From positions 1 through 17,440 of the forward strand of contig JAEOSK010000046.1 in assembly GCA_016840405.1 (NCBI GenBank): a stretch of 17,440 nt of DNA, read 5' to 3'. Each line of letters begins with the position of its first letter. Within the stretch, counting starts at the first letter, position 1. Shown here in pieces: positions 1-7,938 of this stretch. A program made the position numbers and the translations under genes. A model generated the notes under the pieces. It did not search any database and had not been told where the DNA came from. It saw only the letters and a program-made list of their open reading frames with translations. This DNA comes from Candidatus Hermodarchaeum yapensis (GTDB taxonomy: Archaea > Asgardarchaeota > Hermodarchaeia > Hermodarchaeales > Hermodarchaeaceae).

Positions 1-401
1 ATCGAGTCTGGCTCAACCGTTTGTCGGCTCACTCGTTCATCAGCATCTTGGAGGGCAAGTTTCATGAGTGGGTGTACATCAACACCCCGAAGGACAATTT
101 CTGCCATTTGAGCCGCTGCATCCGACAAATTTTCGGCAGCCACGCCCAATCGAATGAGACCCAACCGACGTCTTTCTTCGCCTTCTGGAAGATCTAATCC
201 TAAAACCTTGAGTTCAAAATCAGTGTGAAACTGATCAAATTTCTCTTCAAGTTCAAAAATGTCTTCTGCGATTTCCTTGTTGTTTGTTAAGAGTGAAGTA
301 TAGGCTAAGTTAATGAGTAATTCAGAGGTGTCTTTCATTTGGATAAGCATCGCAAGAACGCGTTCTTCGGGGGTCTGCTCGCCTTTGGGTGTTTTAAGCA
401 A
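1..401 (-). CDS. PhoU-domain / TrkA-C family protein, second tandem paralogue, 3' end runs off the window
   Basis: Not in the ORF track; translated by hand: MLIQMKDTSELLINLAYTSLLTNNKEIAEDIFELEEKFDQF...AAENLSDAAAQMAEIVLRG.... It aligns with the neighbouring gene (MKDLSELMIDLAYSAV...ANKISDAAADIAGLVL). Start is TTG 401 (overlapping the upstream stop) or ATG 350. Confidence 0.85.
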   Translation of the reverse strand, partial: MLKTPKGEQTPEERVLAMLIQMKDTSELLINLAYTSLLTNNKEIAEDIFELEEKFDQFHTDFELKVLGLDLPEGEERRRLGLIRLGVAAENLSDAAAQMAEIVLRGVDVHPLMKLALQDADERVSRQTVEPDS

Positions 402-1023
402 TCTCTTCAAGCTCACCAGCAGCTAACCTCTGTAATTTTCTAATTCCTTCCTTTGAGCCTCGGGCACTAACCCGATCACCTTTTTCGAATTGAAAGGATT
501 CAGGTGGATTAATCGTCCACAAGCCTTTACGTTGAATAGCGATGATATCGGAGCCAATTTCTTCTTCGAGATTCACATCGGCTAGGGTCTTTCCAATCAA
601 GATGGACTTACTAAGGATTGTAGCCCGTCCAACAATTTCCTCAGCCTGACTCACAGCAAGCCAGAGAATTCCAGGGATACCAATATCATGTAAAACAAGT
701 CCTGCGATGTCGGCCGCCGCATCGCTAATTTTATTCGCGGCTGAAGCGGTTTTCATAATGCTTACAATTTGTTCAGCATCGTCTTTGTCGCGAACCGCTA
801 AAGAAGCATTCATTTGCAACAAGTAACCGAGATAATCTACACGCTTCTCCATTTCCATAACTTCTTCAGCAAGATCTTTGTCATTGAACATTACAGCCGA
901 GTAGGCTAGATCTATCATGAGTTCACTAAGGTCTTTCATTTCAACCAATAAACTGCGAACAGGAATTGGTTGATACTCAACTTCTCGGAGGTCCTCTTGC
1001 ATAACGTTATCACGGGCTCCCAA
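394..1023 (-). CDS. PhoU-domain + TrkA-C (RCK_C) protein, putative K+ channel/transport regulator (COG3273-like)
   Basis: N-terminal helical PhoU-like region (EMKDLSELMIDLAYSA...LAEEVMEME) and C-terminal RCK_C motif (SILIGKTLADVNL...DIIAIQRKG...PPESFQFEKGD). Start is TTG 1023 or ATG 1002. Confidence 0.85.
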   Translation of the reverse strand: MGARDNVMQEDLREVEYQPIPVRSLLVEMKDLSELMIDLAYSAVMFNDKDLAEEVMEMEKRVDYLGYLLQMNASLAVRDKDDAEQIVSIMKTASAANKISDAAADIAGLVLHDIGIPGILWLAVSQAEEIVGRATILSKSILIGKTLADVNLEEEIGSDIIAIQRKGLWTINPPESFQFEKGDRVSARGSKEGIRKLQRLAAGELEEIA

Positions 1024-1166
1024 AAAAACTAACAGTCCATTATTTCCTATAAGCTATTTTCCTTAATACTAGCTTTTCAGTCTTTCGAGTTGTGCAATCA
1101 AGGCAAAGACACTTATTATATGCAAATACACACAAGCTAATACCCAATTCAAACGGAGCAAAATCA

Positions 1167-1832
1167 GTGATAGGACGTATCAAAGAACAATTCAAACGAG
1201 CTTTTACACCAGTAGCCCGAGTTATTGCCCGATCAAAGATTCCACCGAATGCCCTTACCCTCCTTGGACCTGTTGTTGCGACTTTTGCAGCGTGGATGTA
1301 CATTCAACAACAACTGGCGCTAGCTTTACTTCTCCTCCTCCTATCGGGCTTCGTTGATGCCCTCGACGGTGCGGTTGCTAGGGCAACGGGCAAGACGACG
1401 GCTTTTGGTGGTGTATTAGATAGTGTTTGTGATCGCTACAGCGATGCGATCGTTCTGATAGGAGTTATTTTGGGTGGATGGTCTTCCACCTTCTGGGGGA
1501 TTCTAGCTATTGTCGGGAGCCTACTCGTGAGCTATACGCGGGCTAGAGCAGAGGCTGCAGGTGTCGAACAATTGGGAGTGGGAATTGCTGAACGTCCTGA
1601 ACGACTAATCATACTTATGGTAGCAACTCTATTACAATATCTCACAGGAATTGGATTGTTATTTCCACCACCAAGTTACTTCGGAATAATCTATTGGTTG
1701 GAATATGGCGTCATTCTGATCGCAATCCTTGCTCACATAACCGTTGTTCAAAGGACAATTGCGGCATACCGGGCATTATCTAAGTTGGAAAATCATTTAG
1801 CGTCTTCGAGAGAAGGCGAAGAAAATTCCTAG
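1167..1832 (+). CDS. CDP-alcohol phosphatidyltransferase, probable archaetidylinositol phosphate synthase
   Basis: Signature DALDGAVARATGKTTAFGGVLDSVCDRYSD, plus PNALT, SYTRARAE and GIAERPERL motifs and hydrophobic helices. The likely start is GTG 1167, with GGAG at 1155-1158, rather than 1092. Confidence 0.9.
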   Translation: MIGRIKEQFKRAFTPVARVIARSKIPPNALTLLGPVVATFAAWMYIQQQLALALLLLLLSGFVDALDGAVARATGKTTAFGGVLDSVCDRYSDAIVLIGVILGGWSSTFWGILAIVGSLLVSYTRARAEAAGVEQLGVGIAERPERLIILMVATLLQYLTGIGLLFPPPSYFGIIYWLEYGVILIAILAHITVVQRTIAAYRALSKLENHLASSREGEENS

Positions 1833-2166
1833 CCTCAATGAGAGTTTGCAGACCTAACTCAGTTATCTTGTAATATTTTCGAGTGGGACGTTTGCCTTCA
1901 CGGCGTTCTTCGCTCAACTGGACCAATCTGTCTCGCCTTAGTTTGTATAACAAAACATACGCTGTCACTGAAGCCATTTCAACGCCAAATCGTTCCTGAA
2001 TCGCGCCTCGAAGTTCATAAGCAAAGTAATCCCTCTCTTTCAATAATGTCAACACATATAACCACAAATTATCTCGGGTTGTTCGGCTGATTAGCCGCTT
2101 CATGGCTTTCGTGGGATGCTGAGAATATGTTTCGATGGCTTGAATAAACTCGGAATTTTCTATCAT
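1780..2166 (-). CDS. PadR-family winged-helix transcriptional regulator
   Basis: LWLYVLTLLKERDYFAYELR...AYVLLYKLRRDRLV...RKYYKITELG matches the PadR pattern. Confidence 0.88.
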   Translation of the reverse strand: MIENSEFIQAIETYSQHPTKAMKRLISRTTRDNLWLYVLTLLKERDYFAYELRGAIQERFGVEMASVTAYVLLYKLRRDRLVQLSEERREGKRPTRKYYKITELGLQTLIEARNFLRLLSKTLNDFPT

Positions 2167-2190
2167 GGCTTCCCGTTCCTATTTACGCTA

Positions 2191-2823
2191 TCAGGGTTTG
2201 ATATTAGGACGCTTCGCTTCTTTACGCCGCGCCATCTCGAGTAGAAATAAACTTACGACTTGACTTCCCAAAAGGCTTCGTGTTCCAATGCTCACTTCCT
2301 GAACAGGGTACTGACGGACGAGTTTTTCATGCTCTGTGGGTAATCCCTGGTCATCACCTAATATGAGCGTGATAGGTTGGTCAAAATCAATCTTTACTTG
2401 ATCTAACGGTTTCCCTTTCTCAACTAAGTAAAGGAGTTGACTTGATGAGGAAGCGCCTTCCTTGAGGATATCATCAAAGCTTTTTGCCATTATAGAAAAC
2501 TGTGCCCACTGTCTGCTACTCTCTGTTTTAGTAGTTCGATAATTATGGAGAAGACCTTTGATAATTAAGGCGCAACTAAGTTCACTCTCAGGAAATTCAC
2601 CTGAATTCACATCATCAATTCGAAGAAGTAGGGGAGGATGAGGTGGTCCTCCAAGGATTGCATTAACTTGAATACAAGATGTGAAAATTGGGACGGTTCG
2701 ATAAGCGGCAATTAGAATCCTACAAACAACATCAAGCCGACCACTTGTCCCTGGAACATCTCGGATTAGAAACTCATCATCAGTTCGTGTCCGCGGGGCG
2801 TCAAGCAAAATTGAAATTTGCAT
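2191..2823 (-). CDS. trmY: tRNA (pseudouridine54-N1)-methyltransferase, SPOUT family
   Basis: DVPGTSGRLDVVCR, LGGPPHPP, ILGDDQGL and VSIG..SL motifs of archaeal TrmY; somewhat divergent. Confidence 0.8.
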   Translation of the reverse strand: MQISILLDAPRTRTDDEFLIRDVPGTSGRLDVVCRILIAAYRTVPIFTSCIQVNAILGGPPHPPLLLRIDDVNSGEFPESELSCALIIKGLLHNYRTTKTESSRQWAQFSIMAKSFDDILKEGASSSSQLLYLVEKGKPLDQVKIDFDQPITLILGDDQGLPTEHEKLVRQYPVQEVSIGTRSLLGSQVVSLFLLEMARRKEAKRPNIKP

Positions 2824-2887
2824 AATGAACCCCTCTGTCAGCTAACCATCCTAATTGAAAAGAAATCTTCCATTGGAGTGGGATCTA

Positions 2888-3163
2888 CTATCTCCCTTTC
2901 CTATCTTTTCGACTTCGGATAGTCACAACTCCACGATGAACAGCACAACTGATGCAAAACCATTTGGTAACACTTCTGCTCGGCAAGAATGTACCTGAAC
3001 GCCGAAGCTCCCGTGCCATCTGCGGGTCTACAAAAGATGCGCGTGACGTGCGTTTTTTAGCCTTATCACGTGGGACTACTTTTCCACACTGAGAACACTG
3101 GATTGTAGCTCCACGACCGGTCGAACCTTTACTTCGACCACCACTTTTTCGTTTCGATGGCAA
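2888..3163 (-). CDS. rps26e: 30S ribosomal protein eS26 (S26e)
   Basis: MPSKRKSGGRSKG, CSQCGKVVPRDKAKK and FCISCAVHRGVVTIRSRKDR (CxxC...CxxC zinc finger). TTG start; tandem TAG TAG stops. Confidence 0.96.
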   Translation of the reverse strand: MPSKRKSGGRSKGSTGRGATIQCSQCGKVVPRDKAKKRTSRASFVDPQMARELRRSGTFLPSRSVTKWFCISCAVHRGVVTIRSRKDRKGR

Positions 3164-3377
3164 ACTTCAATCATCTCGATGGCTCACGGCAGTCGTTGTC
3201 AGCTATTAAACCAGCTGAGTCCACAACAGCCTGTTTGGAGCATACCTCATGGCTACAAAAGTCTTATGCTCTCACTCTGTGCTAGCCAAATCGTTAGACC
3301 TAATCAACGAAAAAAGTGCGTGAAGGAATACCCTTACTTAGTTCCGGTTAATTCTAAACGATACTTTTATTTTTACC

Positions 3378-3710
3378 TTATTTAATCTCGAATAGCTGCC
3401 CAAATATCCTTTGACTTGCTCCTTTAAAGAAATCGGTTACAACTTGTTTGACCTCAGAATACTTCAACTCTTTCTGATGTGAATGAGTCATCCTTCCATT
3501 CTCGAGTATGGGGATGTCAATTAACCAGTTATCAGGCGCATACCTAAGAAATTGTATTGTTTCTTCTTTTTCATTGATGAAGCCAATGAAATAATCAGTA
3601 CCAGTTCCTGGTGGAATTCTTTCAAGCTCTTTGAGAGCATCATTTTGATTTATTGATTTAGGTTTCTGCCCAGGAATTGATTTTCCTGGTCGATTTACAC
3701 ACCAATGCAT
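3378..3710 (-). CDS. Hypothetical small alpha/beta protein (about 110 aa)
   Basis: Strong SD GGAGGGTGA just upstream of ATG 3710; globular composition (FIGFINEKEETIQFLRY...WLIDIP...VVTDFFKG). No family recognised. Confidence 0.7.
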   Translation of the reverse strand: MHWCVNRPGKSIPGQKPKSINQNDALKELERIPPGTGTDYFIGFINEKEETIQFLRYAPDNWLIDIPILENGRMTHSHQKELKYSEVKQVVTDFFKGASQRIFGQLFEIK

Positions 3711-3784
3711 TTGCTCACCCTCCACAATAAAATTGATTTTAGTTGGAGATGACTTCTCTAAAAATTATCTAGGTAATGAAATGG

Positions 3785-4210
3785 CTAGTCGATTGTCCGA
3801 CCGGATTCAGCTAAAGGATGTCCAAAGCAGTAGAGCCTAAATGACTTATACCAGCCAAAAGGTGTGCGAGAGGCGGTAAAACCACGTTGCTCTAGTTCCT
3901 TGGACAGTTCTTGTAGTATTCGAACTGCAAATTTGGGTTTGGCAAGTTTTCGGGGAAAAATGTGTGCATGAGGATACAAGACGATATTTTTGGTTTTTAC
4001 TCGGTCCGCGACTAGTTGAATCTCGTCAGCTGCTTTTTGAGTAATTTCTGATAATCGGCCTTCATCTGTTGCTTCAACGGCACAAAAGACAGTGAGCCCC
4101 TCTTCATATTCTACCCAATCGCCCTCGTCGGCGTCCTCTCGAACACTGATCTTCACCGGTTCTGTGGCTTTGTACGAGAGTTTTCCATGAAAAATTAACA
4201 ATCGCATCAT
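3785..4210 (-). CDS. Stand-alone archaeal threonyl-tRNA synthetase editing domain (Ser-tRNA(Thr) hydrolase)
   Basis: MRLLIFH, LYPHAH and RTPFGWYKSF..CFGHPLAE..RTI match the archaeal tRNA-Thr editing domain. No catalytic domain is attached. Confidence 0.92.
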   Translation of the reverse strand: MMRLLIFHGKLSYKATEPVKISVREDADEGDWVEYEEGLTVFCAVEATDEGRLSEITQKAADEIQLVADRVKTKNIVLYPHAHIFPRKLAKPKFAVRILQELSKELEQRGFTASRTPFGWYKSFRLYCFGHPLAESGRTID

Positions 4211-4222
4211 CAATCAACTCAA

Positions 4223-5611
4223 TTATTCCTTGGAAGGTTCTTTTATTTCTTCAAGCGCATCTTCAACAAGACTTAACCCATTCTCAATGAGTACTCTTGC
4301 GCGAGATTCTGTTTTTGCTTCCGCAAAGACTCGGAAAATGGGTTCGGTTCCTGATGGACGTAATAATACCCAGCCATCCGTGTAACGTAATTTGACACCA
4401 TCTATGGTTTCACAATCAGCATCTGTGGGAGCAAGCGATACAACCCGGGCTAGAAGGTCTTGTTTCAACGCGTTCGCACAGGCCACTTTTTCTTTGATTT
4501 GAAAATAGAAAGGGAATTGACGATCAAATTCTTCAAGTGATTGATCTTCAGCAGCCAACAAGTCGAGAATCAGTAAAGCTGTCAGCATCCCTTCTCGAGT
4601 CCAGGACCACCCACGGTATATTACCCCACCATTTTCTTCGCCACCAATTTGAGCATTTTCCTGCTTCATGGTTGTGACGATGTTGGGTTCACCAACGCAG
4701 GTCTGGATAAGCTCGGCACCTACTGTCTGAGCAACATCTCGGATAACATCACTTGTAGCAACCTGCGTGACAATGCGTTTTGGTTTTTCTTTCAGGTTTC
4801 GCAGTTTATGAAAAGCTGCTAAGGCAAATGTTCGATCACCCATCAGATACCGTCCTGTTTCAGATACAAGCACTATTCGATCGGCATCTCCATCCCACGC
4901 CATCCCCACGTCAACATCTTTCTCTTTGACAAGGCGAATTAATTTCGTGAGATTAACTTGAGTGGGTTCAGGTAGGCGGTGTTTGAATGAGCCATCCGGT
5001 TCGCAAAATAGAAGTTCGGTCTGGGCTTCAATTGATTTCAGGAGCATCGGTACAACTCTAGATGCAGCGCCTCCACCACAGTCTGCCACAACGTGAAATT
5101 GGCGTTTTTCAAGGCGTTTTCGGTTGACTTGTTTTACTAGGCTCTTGACATACTTGGGTCGGTAATCATCAAATGGAATGCGGTGACCACATTTCTGCCA
5201 AGGTGCTCGCAATTTTTTTGAAGCGAAGTAGAAGGCTTCGATTTTCCTTTCCATTTCTGTTGTATAGGATGCACCATCAGCTCCCCACAATTTGATTCCA
5301 TTAAATTCTGGTGGATTATGACTTGCGGTCACCATTACTCCACCATCGAATTCTAATTGCGGAATAGCATAGGAGAGCAGTGGAGTTGGAACGAGGCCCA
5401 ATAAGTGAACATTGCACCCCCCGCTCATCACACCAGCACTGAAGGCTAGTCCCAGCATCTCACTCGAAATTCTCGAATCCCAGCCTATACCCACAGTTTT
5501 TTCCTGTCCTAAATAATTCGCCATAGCAAGCCCGATATCGTGTGCCACGGTTGCTGTTAGCTCCTCATTAACTAGCCCACGAAACCCTTGAGTTCCAAAA
5601 AGCCGTGGCAT
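4223..5611 (-). CDS. Phosphohexomutase paralogue 1 (PMM/PGM or GlmM type)
   Basis: LFGTQGFRG, catalytic TASHNP, metal loop DGDADR, sugar loop GGEENGG and phosphate loop RPSGTEP. The start is probably ATG 5611 (SD GAGGAG) rather than 5674. Confidence 0.93.
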   Translation of the reverse strand: MPRLFGTQGFRGLVNEELTATVAHDIGLAMANYLGQEKTVGIGWDSRISSEMLGLAFSAGVMSGGCNVHLLGLVPTPLLSYAIPQLEFDGGVMVTASHNPPEFNGIKLWGADGASYTTEMERKIEAFYFASKKLRAPWQKCGHRIPFDDYRPKYVKSLVKQVNRKRLEKRQFHVVADCGGGAASRVVPMLLKSIEAQTELLFCEPDGSFKHRLPEPTQVNLTKLIRLVKEKDVDVGMAWDGDADRIVLVSETGRYLMGDRTFALAAFHKLRNLKEKPKRIVTQVATSDVIRDVAQTVGAELIQTCVGEPNIVTTMKQENAQIGGEENGGVIYRGWSWTREGMLTALLILDLLAAEDQSLEEFDRQFPFYFQIKEKVACANALKQDLLARVVSLAPTDADCETIDGVKLRYTDGWVLLRPSGTEPIFRVFAEAKTESRARVLIENGLSLVEDALEEIKEPSKE

Positions 5612-5651
5612 TGCAAACTCCTCTCTAAAAAAATCAAAATGACCTGAACGG

Positions 5652-5661
5652 ATATTAATAT
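5652..5661 (-). promoter_or_regulatory. Candidate TATA box, palindrome ATATTAATAT, upstream of mutase 1
   Basis: Perfect AT palindrome about 40-50 nt upstream of ATG 5611, in the intergenic gap. Confidence 0.35.
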
Positions 5662-5692
5662 GTATGATACTCAACGCATCAAAGCATTGCAG

Positions 5693-6403
5693 TTAGAACA
5701 TATTTGTTGGCACGTTCTGTCGAGAAACTAAGGAACGCGTTTCTTCAATGTGAGTGCCAATTTCTTTGCGAATCGTTTCGATACGCTCCGATTCGAGATA
5801 GGGTTCCATGGTCCAAAGCAGGAGACTGGTATACAGCTCCTTCGGGTCCAGAAGCTCCTCAATATTCCTGATTGTCTTCATGCGGAACAAGTATTCATCC
5901 TCGTACATGCAGACAATTTGTTTTAATTTTCGGCTCAAGGCGTCAACGTTTTCCACAAGTTGTTGCACACGTGGCTCGTTGGAGCCTTCGGGTGTTAGTA
6001 ATCCTGCTCCTCGGCGCTGTAATTCCGAAACGCGCTTTTCTATGAGTCGCATCTTGCGAATGGAACTTTCAAAATCTGATGCAAGGGCTAAAACTTTCGG
6101 TAGCACTTTATCTAACAAGCCCATGTTCTTAGTGAGGGCTCGTTCGACAATGCCATCAAAGGAATTGAGTTTCCCAAGATCTTCAACGTTACGGAGATAG
6201 TTGATTTTTGATAATGAACCTAAAATAACACGGATGGGGCGAAGGGAACTTCGATGGGCAGATTCCCACCGGTTCATAGCATCGTCAAGACCTCCGGTTA
6301 CTTCTCGCATTGATCGTCCGAATTCACGAATGACTGCTGCAAGATGGTCTTCGTCCATTGTCTCTGAACTTCCGAGGGAATTTGCCGATTTAATGACCCG
6401 CAT
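5693..6403 (-). CDS. Helical-bundle protein resembling CINP and C1orf109 (AIRIM); candidate eukaryotic signature protein
   Basis: Predicted all-helical. RWESAHR and EDLGKLNSFDGIVER...K.....DKVLPK resemble C1orf109; MYEDEYL...DP...LLLWTMEPYLES resembles CINP. Both comparisons use human sequences recalled from memory. SD-like GGGGGA precedes ATG 6403. Confidence 0.72.
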   Translation of the reverse strand: MRVIKSANSLGSSETMDEDHLAAVIREFGRSMREVTGGLDDAMNRWESAHRSSLRPIRVILGSLSKINYLRNVEDLGKLNSFDGIVERALTKNMGLLDKVLPKVLALASDFESSIRKMRLIEKRVSELQRRGAGLLTPEGSNEPRVQQLVENVDALSRKLKQIVCMYEDEYLFRMKTIRNIEELLDPKELYTSLLLWTMEPYLESERIETIRKEIGTHIEETRSLVSRQNVPTNMF

Positions 6404-6534
6404 CTATCCCCCTTTACACAGTCTGCAGATTTAACTTCTTTGCTTTGTGCATTGGAAGAAAATACCGGCTATTTAAATGAGCTTTTAAAGCCCAACCCAA
6501 TGGTTTATAGAAAGCAGGAGGTTGAACCATCAAT
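6404..6534. promoter_or_regulatory. Divergent promoter region between the CINP-like gene and the mutase 2/3 pair
   Basis: TATA-like ATTTAAAT (6471-6478) and TTTTAAA (6483-6489); SD GGAGGTTG (6517-6524) before ATG 6535. Confidence 0.6.
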
Positions 6535-7908
6535 ATGGCGTGGGTACCCGAGTTTGGGACCAGTGGCATTCGAGGCTGTGTACCCGAAGAATTGAGCCCC
6601 AAAATCGCATGGCAACTCGGGTTAAGTGTCGCCATCAATTTCAACCACCAGCCGTTCCTCCTTTGTCATGATAACCGTACTAGTAGTCCTCTACTTTCAA
6701 ACGCAATTGCTAGTGGCTTGATGGCAGGAGGATCAAATGTCCTCTATGGTGGAGAAGTCATTACACCCGCTGTCAGCTTCTATACACGCCAACAGAAACT
6801 ATCTGGTGCAATACTAATTACCGGCAGCCATATTCCCGCCCATATGTCCGGCATTGAAGTACTTGGAAATGACGGAGCACCCGTTGATAGAAAATTCGAA
6901 CAAAAAATTGAACGCCTCTCTCAATCCAATCCGGCTCCAGTCAATTGGATGAACACCGGAAAAATATCAACCATCAGCGATGTCGGACAGTATTGGGTTG
7001 ACCAAGTCCTCACTCAGGGAGACGTCGATCTTATTCGGCAGCGCAAATTCAAAGTTGTACTTGATGCAGCCAATGGAACTGCCATCCCTTGGCTTGTCGA
7101 AGTTATCAAACAACTAAATTGCACAATCATTGGTGTCAACATGGAGCCCAGCCCTTTCTATCCCGGGCGTTCACCCAATCTACGAGTCAAACTCCTTTCA
7201 CAAGCAGCAAAGATGGTCAAAGAAACCAAAGCCGATATTGGAATAGCTGTCGATGGTGATGCTGATCGAGCATTCTTCATTGATGATAAAGGACGTGCAC
7301 TTATGGGTGATATTTCTGGAACGCTCCTCGCTCAGATAGAATTACAGCGTCACAAAGGTGGAACCATCGTCACACCCATAAATTCTAGCAACCTAGTTGA
7401 TGATATTATAACTGAACATAATGGACGCGTGGTTCGCAGTCGCGTTGGGCCCCCCGCGATTGTAGCTGCAGTAAAAAAACATCAAGCACTCTTCGCGTTC
7501 GAAGAGTCAGGAAAAGCCATCTACCCCCACCTTAATTATTTATCCGATAGTGGTCTAGCCACAATACACCTACTGGAACATCTTGCTAAACATGAAACCT
7601 CACTTAGCACTATCATTGATGGGTTTCCCCAATATCACCAACTCAAACGTGCCATCGATTGCCCCAATGAGCTGAAAGAAGTGGTAACCAATCATGCAAT
7701 ACGTGAAGTCAAAGAACATTTCACTGATGCAAAGGTAATTACACTTGATGGAGTCAAAATCATATTTGATGATGGATGGCTCCTGCTTCGACCCTCCGGC
7801 ACAGAACCTGTATTTCGGTGCTTTGCTGAAGCTCAAAAGAAAATCCGTGCTCAACAACTTCTAAAGCTAGGATTAGATTGGATTGATCATGTCCTCAAAG
7901 CATCTTAA
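6535..7908 (+). CDS. Phosphohexomutase paralogue 2, atypical active site
   Basis: FGTSGIRG, DGDADR and RPSGTEP are conserved. The catalytic loop reads TGSHIP and the sugar loop reads AFEESGK. Confidence 0.9.
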   Translation: MAWVPEFGTSGIRGCVPEELSPKIAWQLGLSVAINFNHQPFLLCHDNRTSSPLLSNAIASGLMAGGSNVLYGGEVITPAVSFYTRQQKLSGAILITGSHIPAHMSGIEVLGNDGAPVDRKFEQKIERLSQSNPAPVNWMNTGKISTISDVGQYWVDQVLTQGDVDLIRQRKFKVVLDAANGTAIPWLVEVIKQLNCTIIGVNMEPSPFYPGRSPNLRVKLLSQAAKMVKETKADIGIAVDGDADRAFFIDDKGRALMGDISGTLLAQIELQRHKGGTIVTPINSSNLVDDIITEHNGRVVRSRVGPPAIVAAVKKHQALFAFEESGKAIYPHLNYLSDSGLATIHLLEHLAKHETSLSTIIDGFPQYHQLKRAIDCPNELKEVVTNHAIREVKEHFTDAKVITLDGVKIIFDDGWLLLRPSGTEPVFRCFAEAQKKIRAQQLLKLGLDWIDHVLKAS

Positions 7909-7938
7909 ACAATGTGAGTAAAAAATGGTGATGAATTA

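Noticed and set aside
1-1023. Tandem PhoU/TrkA-C paralogues as a novel system
   Set aside because: This family is common in archaea, and nothing unusual is visible in the part shown.
1040-1303. 87-aa minus-strand ORF
   Set aside because: Overlaps the AIP synthase start and the divergent promoter region; no motif.
2885-2890. Tandem TAG TAG at the end of rps26e as possible pyrrolysine readthrough
   Set aside because: eS26 is already complete at this length, and there is no pyl machinery in the window.
3179-3385. 68-aa plus-strand ORF upstream of rps26e
   Set aside because: No SD or motif, and it runs antisense through the probable rps26e promoter/leader.
5808-6644. ORFs 5808-6200, 6201-6434 and 6414-6644
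   Set aside because: Antisense to the CINP-like gene or to mutase 2; composition is typical of shadow ORFs.
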